From Octopus vulgaris (taxonomy: Eukaryota): a stretch of DNA of 64,000 bases. The notes under the pieces were generated by a model, which worked only from the letters and a program-made list of their open reading frames with translations, had not been told where the DNA came from and did no database searches. Positions within the stretch are counted from its first letter, which is position 1. Each line of letters opens with the position of its first letter. This document shows, piece by piece, positions 43,821 through 55,715 of this stretch. A program made the translations under genes and the position numbers. The stretch spans positions 57,412,001 through 57,476,000 of the forward strand of contig OX597824.1 of the NCBI GenBank assembly GCA_951406725.2, written 5' to 3'.

Positions 43821-44761
43821 GAAATATTTTATTCTCAAACGCAGAATAATGCTTACAAAATAGCAGGAACCCTCCACTCTGTTGCTTCTGCTAAATCCTA
43901 TGATAATTCTGCGTGTCATTACGTTACTAAGCCTGTCGGTAACGATTTCATAGGATTAGAGAAAAATGGAGAGAGAAAGAAAGAGGGAGAGAGAAGCGTC
44001 TATGACATGAGATAGAGGGAGTGTAATTGTAACAAATCGTTGAAGAGAAAGAGAGGAAAAGAGGATTAGGCGAAGAGTGTGGCAGAAAGAGGGAGAAAAC
44101 AGAGAGAAAGAAAAAGAGGGAGAGAGAAAAGAGAAAGAGAGAGATGTCCATAACGTGAGGTAGGGAGAACATAATAATTTTAGCAGAGAGGTGATGTTCT
44201 GATTGTGAGGTTAAAGCAAGGCAAAGAGAAAAAGAGGGAAGAGAGAGGGGAGAGGAGAGAGAGATGTTGATGGTGGTGGACATGGACGTCGTGGTGGTGG
44301 AGATGGCAGTCATGGTGGTGGAGGTGATGGAGGTGGCGGTGATGATTGGATAGCGAAAAGTGCTTTAAAAAAATTGAACTAATTTGTTTTATATCACCTA
44401 CCACTTAACGCATGCGCATAAGTGCAATTCCGTGATATATTCGCGCTTATTTACGTGACAGATGTATGCAATTTAACTAAAGGTTAAAGAATATTTTTTA
44501 ATGGGAAAAATAGAAAGAAATAAGAGTGAATATTTATTTTATGGGTGCTGTGTCTTAAGTCTATAAAATGGTGCAGAAAGTATCTAAAGTGCATTAAGTA
44601 ATTATTGTATTCCAATTTCTATCACTTCACAATGAGTAGCAGATGAGTGACTATCTTTCCATACAGGCTACGCTTTCAAGTTTTTTAGATCACGTTTTCA
44701 GCAACAACCCAATAGGTTTACCCTTACTTCCGTGAAATATTGACGGGTCTCGCTAGTGTTA

Positions 44762-44792
<31 letters not shown>

Positions 44793-44797
<5 letters not shown>

Positions 44798-45250
44798 CGG
44801 AAGGGAATGGGTGAAGAAAAAGTTCTTCAAAGACAGGAGAGTGCAAGAGGAGGTATGTGTGTGTGTAAGTGTGGATATGTGCGTGCGCGCAGGTCTGCGT
44901 GTGCGTGTGTGTGTATGCGTGTATGTGTGCAATGATAACACGTGTGTGTGTGTGTGTGTGTGTGTGTGGTTGTGGCTGTTAATCTTAGTTCTAAGAAATT
45001 TTAGCGTTTGTCTATTCTAGCGTCACTGAATGTGTGTCGGTGGGTAGGTAGGCCATAAATTATACCTTTATGATTTTGAGGATGGTCAGATGCCATTTGG
45101 GGTCTAGGAACTGCGTCTACTTTGTATGATTGCATTGTGGAGGTGTGTGTGTGCGTCTCTGTGTGTACGTGTGTGTTTGTGTGTATGTGTGTGTGTGTGT
45201 GTGTGCGTGTGTGTGTGTGTCTGTGTGTTTGGAGTAGGGGATAGAGACAA
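44793..45250 (-). mobile_element. Family-A repeat fragment truncated before the HHR
   Basis: ccggaagggaatgggtgaagaaaaagttc is the reverse complement of the block at 3181-3209. Confidence 0.7.
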
Positions 45251-45406
45251 ATAGAGAAAAGGGAAAATAAAAATTAAAATAAAATAAGGGTGGAAGTTGA
45301 GGAGAAAAAAAAAATCATTGTGTGTGTATATGAGGGTATATATATATGTGTATATATATATATGTGCGTGTGTGTGCGTGTATGTATGTATATGTATATG
45401 TATGTG

Positions 45407-45464
<58 letters not shown>

Positions 45465-45518
45465 GGTGCGTGTGTGTGCGTGTATATATGTATATGTATA
45501 TGTATGTGTGTATATATG

Positions 45519-45553
<35 letters not shown>

Positions 45554-46052
45554 TTGTGTATTTGTATGTATGTGTGGGTGTGTCTGTATGTATATACATG
45601 TGCGTATGTATATATATATATGGATATTCGCATGTGTATGTCTGTGGGTTTGTATGTATATTTATTTTATATGTTTTTTCATGTATATTTATCTACTTCT
45701 TCCCTCCACTTAACAATAACAAACCAACTAAAAGCAATTGTCTTCTAATTTACCTAAAACCCCATCCCACATATCTGACTATTCAATTATTCTATTTATT
45801 CATTTATTTACTTTCTCACTGATTCTTCTCATTTCAAAAAACTCTCTGGCCTTTTGACCACTCCCCTAAGAACAATAGTTTGCGCCCTGTTTATCTCCTA
45901 AATACCAACTTACCCAAACACGTCCCCCCCCACCACCCCATTAAATCTGCCTAAATGTATAAATACCAGACCCTTATATTGACAGCCAGCTTCCTGAAGA
46001 TTTCATCTGAATGAAACAGTTCTAGTCCTGTAGAAGCTCCTTCTATAAAATA

Positions 46053-46089
<37 letters not shown>

Positions 46090-46188
46090 ATCCAAACATG
46101 AAAACACAAGCAGTAAAACACAACAACGCGAGGACGTGGAACAAGTATAGTATCATTGGACGCTCAGGAAAGAAGGAAAGAAGGAGGG

Positions 46189-46221
46189 TTTAACGTTTCG
46201 AGCGGAGCTCTTCGTCAGAAA
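46189..46221 (-). ncRNA. Minimal type I hammerhead (family A), intact
   Basis: TTT-CTGACGA-A-GAGC-tcc-GCTC-GAA-ACGT-T-AAA. Confidence 0.78.
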
Positions 46222-47510
46222 TATAGGAAAAGGAAAGATCCAAATATATGAGCAAATGTGAGGCTACGAGAGAAGTACAGCTTATTAAAAGGAATTAGGT
46301 ATAGGAAGGGGAAATAAGCTATAAACTTACCGTGGTGTTTTCCAGGATAAATCAATTAAGTAGCTAGAAATACTTGGATTACCCACCTTTAGCTATACGC
46401 AGAAATACCGATAGCCGTTAATATATATCCATGTAAACAACTTCAAACTACCCCTTTTAAATAAAACATTTAACTTAATAATCTAATACTATAACACAGT
46501 GCCATTCCTTTAATTCTTTATATCTAATATCTTACTAGTATAAGTTTCATCACTGAATAACTATAAGCTAGCAAAACAAACATCCAAATTCCTTCCGGTC
46601 CGGTCCATTTTTGTCCTTATTTAGGAAATCCCCCTTCTTCTACCTTCCGGCAACAATGAATCCCTTATCCAGCTCCTATTTTACGTTTAACCATATACAA
46701 TAGATTCCCCTGATATGTTTTATATTTCTATATATTTTTTATACGTTTTATGCGCTTTTACTTTTCTTTAGGATCCTCCTCTCTTAGTCCCATTATTTTA
46801 GTTGTCGCACCTACTCACTTATTTACCTGTTTTTAATCCTGTTTGCTCTTTTATTTGCCCTTACTGGCCATGGTTTATATATTTATTTCGTTTAATTTTT
46901 TGTCTTATTTCTTAACCATCAAGGAACAGGAACCACGTCATTGTTTTCAAAAAAAATAGCTGACCAATTAGGTTGCAAGACTGACCATGACCCCCCACCC
47001 CACAAAGGGATTCAGAAACTTGTTGATCGGCAAAAAAAAAAAAGAACACTAACACCGCACTTTAGTCACCACCAGTTTCCTTACTCCCATTAGTACACTT
47101 ATATACCAAATCTTCCCATGATGTGCTCACCATCATAAGCTACTTATGCCATACCATCCACAATGTTGCACCTTTTAGCTGGCACTTTATATATGAACTT
47201 TCACCTCTGTAACTCGGACAATACCTTCAAATCCACCACCATATTTCAATGTAGACATAATGTGAATTTCTATGTAAACATAATGCGAACTACTACCTAA
47301 ATTCACCCTTCCTAAAAACTCCTCCCAAGAACGACTATACTTAGCTATCCACCATCGGACGAAGTAACATGGATCTTGGAATACAACACGGGAAGTTCGT
47401 AGCTTATTTCCCCTTCCTACACCTAATTCATTTTAATAAGCTGTACTTCTCTCACAGCCTCATATTTGCTCCTATTCTTTTTCTGCCCGTTTTGATAATG
47501 GCAAACACAT

Positions 47511-48106
47511 TATTAAGGCCATTCCTCAATTGTTGTTGAATTTATATATATAGTCTATGACTATTTTCTCTTTCTCACTAGACCGCTGGTGGTGATAAAT
47601 TTCTATTGAATTTTTTGCTACCCTATATTGATTAATTGATGATTTTCTGACTAATTCTGAAATTGAATCAGCAGTTTATATTTACTGCTGATAAGTTGGC
47701 GCGAGTACGATGGTTTTGAAAATTTTAGGGCAGATATTCCTAGGGCATAGATACAGCTGCCTCGTGTATATCTGTCTCTCCTGGCTTCTTTACCGATGAG
47801 GTGTAGCCTTTGGTGGATTGACTTAAATTAATTTAATTAAGCTGGTTTGCCATTAAAAACACCGAAACAATGCATTGTCTAAAGATGAATTAGGGTAAAT
47901 GTTTTTAAATTTTCCTTTAATTTCTGAATTACTACTACTTGGCGGTTTGAGTCCTGGCTGCTCTTTCTAGTGGGTCGAATGGCCTATTAAGGCCATTCCT
48001 CAATTGTTGTTGAATTTATATATATAGTCTATGACTATTTTCTCTTTCTCGCTAGACCGCTGGTGGCGATAAATTTCTATTGAATTTTTTAAAACCCTAT
48101 ATTGAT

Positions 48107-48108
<2 letters not shown>
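47511..48108 (+). mobile_element. Terminally redundant non-coding element (124-bp direct repeat, 474-bp period) containing an HHR
   Basis: 47511-47634 is repeated at 47985-48108, followed directly by (TA)n. Confidence 0.85.
47788..47884 (+). ncRNA. Type I hammerhead ribozyme, CCGATGA core variant
   Basis: CTTTA-CCGATGA-GGTGT..ACACC-GAA-ACAATGCATTGT-C-TAAAG. Stems I and II are 5 bp, and stem III is a 12-nt palindrome. Confidence 0.85.
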
Positions 48109-48179
<71 letters not shown>

Positions 48180-49802
48180 GAATTCATTCGAACATGCATA
48201 CATATATACAGTTATACACACACACACATCCACGCACGCACGCACACACACACACACACACACACACATCCTATACAACTATTATCATGCCACGCAGTAT
48301 ACAAACCTCAAAATTTCATCAGCGTTTGAGCTCTTTTTTTGCTACATTTCGTCAAACAAAAGAATCAGTGGAATGAATGTCCCCGTGCCAACGTGGTCGC
48401 TTAACTTGCAAGAAATAACAAGTTCTCCCGGTTTGTGAAATATCAGAACACAGTTTAGACAATGTAGTCTTACATAAACTCTTCAAAAGACTAGGTGGTC
48501 ACATTTAGAATGCCAACGATAATAGGTTTCTCGATTAGTATTGATCTTGTGCCAGCAATATTCAAATTAAATTTACTAGTAATATATTGACGAATGCAGA
48601 AAAGTTGGCACGCTAAAGCAAATTCTATCTATCTGCTTAATGGCTTTGAAAAGGTATACATGGAGGCACAACATTTTCTATAGTGCATCAAAAAGCAGGT
48701 TGAAGCAATCAATGGTGACAAGAAACTGCAGAACGATGGTAGTGAGCTATTTAAAAAGTTTGTCCCTCAAGGTCAAGATGGTTACCCAAAACAGAAGACA
48801 ATTGTGTATGACGAGAATTGTGAAGGTGTATGGGAGGTAGGGCGTGAACGCTCTTTCCAATACCAACAAGGAAGAAGCCGGATATAATAATATGGTATGT
48901 GGAGCCTAAGACAATATACCTTTTTGAATGAATTGTTTCACGCGAAGACAATTCAGATGCAGCCCAGATTAGGAAAGACAAGCTTTATAAGGTGCCACTG
49001 GAACACCGTATAGTTGCTGGTTGGAGTACAGTACACTTTCCTGTGGGAAATGGATGTAGGGGTTTTACTGGCACCAGACTGAAACGATGTCTGCTTTCAA
49101 TTGGTGTCCAATATCGGCAAGCAAACGCCATCTTGAAAGAAATCTAGTCATTGGATATGGCTGCAAAAGACTGATGAAACCTGACTGGAGAGGTGATGAG
49201 CGAGAAATGAACTTCAAGTTTTATACTAGTCAGTCGGTGGGGGCCTCACATCAGTGAGGTGGGGCGATGTGCTGTAAAACTGTCGAAGGGAAGGCCCCGA
49301 AATGGTACACTTTTCCCTTGGTAACTCTTGAATAACTCCTAAAACCTGCTGGCATCCGGAATGAGGAGTTTTCGACTGACTGCACGTGAAGTAGCAAGCT
49401 GTTATGGAAATACCATCAGTCGTTAGATTTAATCGAGTTAAGTCAAGGATTTTGTTCTGATTTACAGGGTTAACGGATCAAATATCATTTAGAAAGGAAT
49501 TCAGTCGAACTTATCTCTAAATGAAGTTAATTTAAACTCAGTATTAGTACATGGGATTAAATTTTAGACGCTTGCATTATGTAACGGTATTTGATATTGA
49601 CATACTATATATAGCTATATCCTGTATTAACTGTTGATATAGTTTTCTATTGATGAAAATGTAATATGCTTAAGGTTGTGTGTGTGTGTGTGTGTGCCGT
49701 GATGAGTGCATTTCTGCGTGTGTATGCACGCATGTATGTATGTATGTATGTATGTATGTATGTATGTATGTATGTATGTATGTATGCATGTATGTATGTA
49801 TG

Positions 49803-50360
49803 TAGTGTCAGGTCACTTTTGAGTGCTACTGGTAACATGTAACCCAGTACAACCTGTTGCATGGTCGGGTCATCGGCGACTAAACCGGCAACCCCACCAA
49901 GCTTGCTCGGTGAGGAGGGTGATTATTGGACACCCTGCGGGATGAAAAACAAAACCCGTCAAAGGGCGGAGGAACTCTTGAGAGTCAACGGCCATCCAAT
50001 AAATGTCTTAAGGCTGGATCATGCGCGGGGACATAGAAATAATCGGACTGAATACCCGATCGCGTGGTTAAACCATTGGGAGTGAAGGACTCCTAGCCTT
50101 TGTTAGGGCATCCTTCTAGGAGAAGGTAACTCAGGTAACTGGGATAACTCCGATATAAAACCTGCGGCTCAGTGGTTACCGATGATGTTGACTTGTTCTT
50201 CTTTTCGGATTATGGCTGCTGTTGCTTAGTGAGTGGGATTGACTCAGTGCAAAGCCTTTCCCCACTTTAAACAAAATCTTCTTGCATTGGCATTGCATGA
50301 TAACAACATTGATTAAGCTTCGTGCAATGGCCATACTCGATAACGAGGGGGCAGCCACCA
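49803..50360 (+). mobile_element. Interspersed GC-richer repeat inserted in (ATGT)n
   Basis: Flanked by (ATGT)n on both sides. 49825-50005 is homologous to 22840-22997 on the minus strand. Confidence 0.6.
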
Positions 50361-50561
50361 TGTATGTATGTATGTATGTATGTATGTATATATATATATA
50401 TAAACACTAATACCTCGACTATCGCTGATGTTACGTTCCAACCCCTCCCGCCGCAAGAGGTGAAAATCCGCGAAGTAGAAACAGTACTGTATTGTGTATT
50501 TTTTGTTATTTTTATAACAAAGCACAAATACAAAAACGAAGTATCTCTCCCTCTCTCTCAC

Positions 50562-50784
<223 letters not shown>

Positions 50785-51084
50785 GAACATCTATATACCA
50801 TAAATATGAATGAGCATACGAGGGCGCTGGCATGTCCGTATGGTTGAGATAATCTATTCACAACCATGAGTTGAACTCGATACCATTGTAATTCTCTTAT
50901 TGATATGAAATATATCTTAGGTAAATGTCTTCTACCGGAGACTTAGATTGATTAATATTCTGTTTTCTATTTATTGGAAGTTGGTACCTGGAAACTATGA
51001 GAGAGAGTGCGTTGATATTTGAAAATTAACAAAAGTCTGACAACCTCTTAGCTGCTAGTAACGAAGAGCTTTATCCAGAAATCA

Positions 51085-51265
<181 letters not shown>

Positions 51266-52018
51266 ATGTGTGTGTGTGTGTGTATCAGAGGCAACTGCAG
51301 GTTATCAGCGTCACTCGGGCTCATCACGGATTTCGCAAAAGACACATGTCTGCTCGAAGAATTTCATGTTTTTCCGCTTTATTTCTAGACCCAAATGGCT
51401 TATTTTTTGTATCTAGCATTATGTCTTTCTCCATTTCTAAGTTAAGTGTGACAATTCAGCAACCCTGCAAAACACAACTGATCTTTACACACAGACGCAC
51501 AGAATAACAGCAAACAAATAATGAACATCGGCGATCTAACTGTCACCTGTGCTCTTGACAAGAAATGATAGTCTTTTACACCTACCAGGCTCGATGGTAT
51601 TAGCCCGTATTAGCCCGAATATTGTAAAACGGAAACTTCTCATAGATTGGAATTTAAATCCTAATCTCTATAGAAACTTATTGTTTCAAGAAAACATTGA
51701 ATTTCATTTACTTTTAACTTTTACGATTATTGATAACAACTTGGGCTGTAACTTCTGAGACCGAGTCGTGCGCGTGTGAACGATGTCGAGAGAACGTCTA
51801 TAATATTTTTTGATACAGTGCAACTCTAAGACAACTGCCAAGACAACTGGACGAAAATAAATGAACTGCAGCCAGGCTCACTTAAAGGAGCCCGAGTTAT
51901 TGGCTGCAATTACATACTTGAAGTCAGTGTTGGCAGAAATTAAATCACCTTGCAAATACACGTTTACTTTACTAAATACTCGGGCTAAAGCCGAACAGCC
52001 CGAGTGGCGGAGACGCCA

Positions 52019-52091
<73 letters not shown>

Positions 52092-52145
52092 GAAATATTA
52101 AAATTACTAAGTCTCTATAAAAGAGATTACGACAGCGTTTACTGG

Positions 52146-52349
52146 AAATTAATTGTTATCGCCATATTAATATGGCATTCTTATAGATATAAGAATAATC
52201 GCTGTCGTTGGTCAGCTCCATGAGGCCACCGCCTTAAGATAGCTATTGATCAATAGCTATCTTAAGGCGGTGGCCTCATGGAGCTGACCAACGACAGCGA
52301 TTATTCTTATATCTATAAGAATGCCATATTAATATGGTGATAACAATTA

Positions 52350-52353
<4 letters not shown>
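52146..52353. repeat. Spacerless 208-bp palindrome
   Basis: 104-bp arms centred between 52249 and 52250 (TTGA|TCAA), with one mismatch seen. Lies between (TA)n tracts. Confidence 0.95.
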
Positions 52354-52380
<27 letters not shown>

Positions 52381-53061
52381 GGAGGCAGTACCCAAAAGAA
52401 AGCGGAATTTTGCAATATTATTTTATTCACTTGGTTTTACATGTTTACACTTTTTATCGCCTTCAAACCATTCTGCATTTGAAGCACGTTTTCTACTATT
52501 CGAAGCTGTGCTATAACTCTTGCGAAATGATGTCTTTTAACGCCTCCGTCGTTTTTCGTCTTCACATCTGCAGCTTTCGTCACCAGTAATGACCTTCGAA
52601 AAAAGGTCTGGATCAACGATTCTTTCAATTCACAACACGCGATCAGTCGCAACTGCTTTTGATCTTCTGTGAGCAAGCGAGGCCCAAATTTTGCTGCAAC
52701 ACATTTCATTCGCAATTCCTCGCTCAAAATTCGTTGGCAAAACTTGTGTTTTGCTTATGGCAGCGTCCTTATAAGCTCTTTGAAGTATGACAACTCTTAT
52801 GGCCGCCGTTTTCCTCAGCCGAAAACAAAATTTCACGGAAGCACGCTGTTCCTTCATTTCAGCTGTTGCAAAAATTGAGGAACGGAGGAGAAGTACTGCA
52901 AAACAAAGACGCACAACGGAGCAGTCCGTCACAAGAGGACGCCGCCAATCGGTAGACTGATGCCTGAGGATTGTATCAAGTGACTTCTAGAGGCGGAAGC
53001 CTGAATTTTAACGGGTTTGTCCGGCAGAGAACGTGTATGGTTACTTTTGAGTACCTACTCG
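52381..53061 (-). mobile_element. Internally deleted mariner element
   Basis: Degenerate TIRs (GAGGCAGTACCCAAAAG / CTTTTGAGTACCTACTCG). Motifs: EQRASVKFCFRLRKTA, CVAAKFGPRLLTEDQKQ, SKVITGDES. Confidence 0.85.
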
Positions 53062-53067
53062 TATATA

Positions 53068-54300
53068 CAGGGGTTGTACAAAATAATGGAAACACCTAGT
53101 ATCATAGCGTCAAAATTTTGAAATATCTATAAAACCGTGAAACGCTTGTTTATTTCTTTTGATTTATTATTAGTGCTGCTTAAAATGTTTTGCTAAAATT
53201 GCTGTTTCTTTTCAGATATCACCAGAAAGAGGAAATTAACATTCATTAAAATGACAGATTTATCGGACTTTCAAAGAGGTCAAATTGTTGGTGCTCCTAC
53301 GGCAGGCGCTAGTATAACGAAAACAGTCGAAATGTTGGGCGTATCAATAAGTATTGTCTCGAAAGTAATGACAGCCTTTGAAAAAGAGGAAAAACCTCCT
53401 CGGCGAAACAAAACTCCAGAAGAAAACCAAAACTTTCAGATTGAGACGGTCGGACTCTTACGCGAATTGTTAGAAATGATCACAAAAGTACAGCACCCAA
53501 GATTATTGCAGAGCTTAAAGACCACCTAGAGAACCCAGTTACCACAAAAACTGTTTGCAGGGAGCTGCTCAAAGCCGGATTTCACGAGGGTTGCAATCAA
53601 AAAATCACTACTTTTAAAAACAAAAGTTGCAAAGCGTTTAGAGTGGAGTAAAGTCATATAGAATTGATCCTAGAGCAGTGGAAGAATATTATTTTCTCGG
53701 ACGAGTCAACCTTTACCTTATTTCCGACCACCGGCCGAGTATACGTGTGGAGACAGGCAAAAGAAGCATTTGACCCAGACTGCCTTCTTCCAATTGTTAA
53801 ACATGGAGGAGGATCTGTGATGATCTGGTAGTGATGGTGGGAGCTATGTCTTGGAAATCCACCGGCTCATTGGTTTCCCTTCATGGCAGAATTAATAGTC
53901 AAAACTATCTAAGCATTTTATCTGATTAGATTCATCCTATGGTTGCAGAATTGTTTCTGGAGGGAAACGCAATCTTTCAGGATGATAATGCACTAATTCA
54001 CACCGCTAAAGTTGCTACTAAATGGCACGAGGAACATTCTAGTGAAGTTGAACATCTTATCTGGCCACCACAGTTCCCAGATCTCAATATTATTGAACAT
54101 TTATGGTGCATTTTGAAAAAAAACAAGTAAGGAGTCGATATCCTCCACCATCATCACTACTGAAGAATGGACAAAATTCCTTTGGAAAAAATTCAAACTT
54201 TGCAGAATGCAAGCTGTAATTACTGCCAAAGGCGGTCCTACCACATATTAAAATAAATTTGTGTGAAATTTTGAGGTGTTTGCATTATTTTGTCCAACCC

Positions 54301-54303
<3 letters not shown>
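53068..54303 (+). mobile_element. Full-length Tc1-family transposon (1236 bp) with a disrupted DD34E transposase
   Basis: TA flanks and TIRs CAGGGGTTGTACAAAATAATGGAAACACCT. Motifs: DLSDFQRGQIVG, IFSDES, VKHGGGSVMIW, FQDDNA..H, WPPQFPDLNIIEHLW. Confidence 0.95.
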
Positions 54304-54341
<38 letters not shown>

Positions 54342-54344
<3 letters not shown>

Positions 54345-54550
54345 GGTTAGCCAAAAGTCACCTGACAGTAAATCAAAACCATTTAATTCCAAGATTTATT
54401 TATGTTTAACAACTGAATGAATTTGACAAAAGAATCTAAATATGAAACATGAAAATTGTTCAAACCGAAATCATTCTTGAGCGACAATACAGAATTACAG
54501 TAGTATTTATGGAATTTTGATTTACTGTCAAATCACTTTTGGCCACCCCG
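54342..54550. mobile_element. Tc1/mariner-type MITE
   Basis: TIR CAGGGTTAGCCAAAAGT..TGACAGTAAATCAAAA against TTTTGATTTACTGTCA..ACTTTTGGCCACCCCG. Preceded by TA. Confidence 0.7.
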
Positions 54551-55412
54551 GAACATATATGTAGATATAAATATATACATACGTTCACACAAGCGCATGC
54601 ATAAATCTACAAACAAATACATCCATACATATACACGCATATTTGTCGAAGGACATCTGTCTGTTGCTATTCCCTTGCTTTGTGTCTTTGTAATTGTGTA
54701 GCATTTTCTCCGTTTTCTCGATATTTTTTGTCTGTGTTGTACACATTCGCTTGATTTCTTCCAAAAAATTAATGTGCTTAGCTTAAAGTTTTGGAGCCTA
54801 CCAATTATGAACAATCTCAAGTGTAACAGGCCGAAACTGTAATGATAATTGGAATGGAAGCTTGACTGATGAATAGAGGGCCACGAATGATCCGTCCTGG
54901 TTTTTCCTGTCCGTCTTTGTATCGTTTATCTGTCCGTATGTTTTTATTGTCATCCATTGCGCTCTTATTCCCTTTTTTTTTTATTTATATATACGTATAG
55001 CGACGTACGTGCACCTTTGTTCACCTTTGTTCACTTTATGTATATATATATATATATACATATAAGTACTAGGCGTACAAAAAATAAGTCCTGAGCTCGA
55101 TTTGTTCTAGAAGTGGTGCTCCAGAATGGCTGCAGCAAAATGACTGAAACAAATAAAAGAATAAAAAAATATGATTTCATCTATATGTATATTTATCTAC
55201 AGCAGGACGGTACTTTCAGACGCAAGCATAACTGGTTGAAAGCTCGCTTTGTCGCCACATGGTTTCGGGCTCAATTCCACTGCATTTAGTCACGTGTCTT
55301 CTACTATTGATCCGGGCTGGTCAATACGTGTATGTGAAATTGGTAGACGGAAACTGTGTGGAAGCCCGTGTAAAATTGTGTGTGTGTGTGTTCCTGTTTG
55401 TGTTTTTGTCAG

Positions 55413-55715
55413 TGAGGGCGCGTAGCTTAGTGATTAGGGTTTTCGGCTCACGATCGTAAGGTCGTGAATTTGATTCCAGACGGCGACTTGTGTCCCTGAG
55501 TAAGACATTTTATTTCATGTTGCACTCAGCTAACAAAAGTGAGTTGTTAACAAAAGGCTCAACCTTGTCATATCCTGTGTCATATCTCTGAGAACTACTT
55601 TAAGGCGACGCGTGTCTGTGGAGTGCTCAGGCACTTCGACATTAATTTCACGTGCAATCTGTTCCGTTGATCGGATCAACTGACACCTTTCTTAGTAACC
55701 GACGAAGTGCTAGCG
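55413..55715 (+). mobile_element. tRNA-derived SINE (family 3), diverged
   Basis: A-box TAGCTTAGTGATT and B-box-like GAATTTGATTCC, followed by GTGTCCCTGAGTAAGACA. Confidence 0.55.

Noticed and set aside
45991-46025. CTGAAGA-TTTCA..TGAAT-GAAACAG as a functional hammerhead
   Set aside because: Stem III is not palindromic and stem I does not pair. Counted only as a possible decayed copy.
54864-54900. CTGATGA..CGAATGATCCGTC as a hammerhead
   Set aside because: No stem II pairing and no GAAA.
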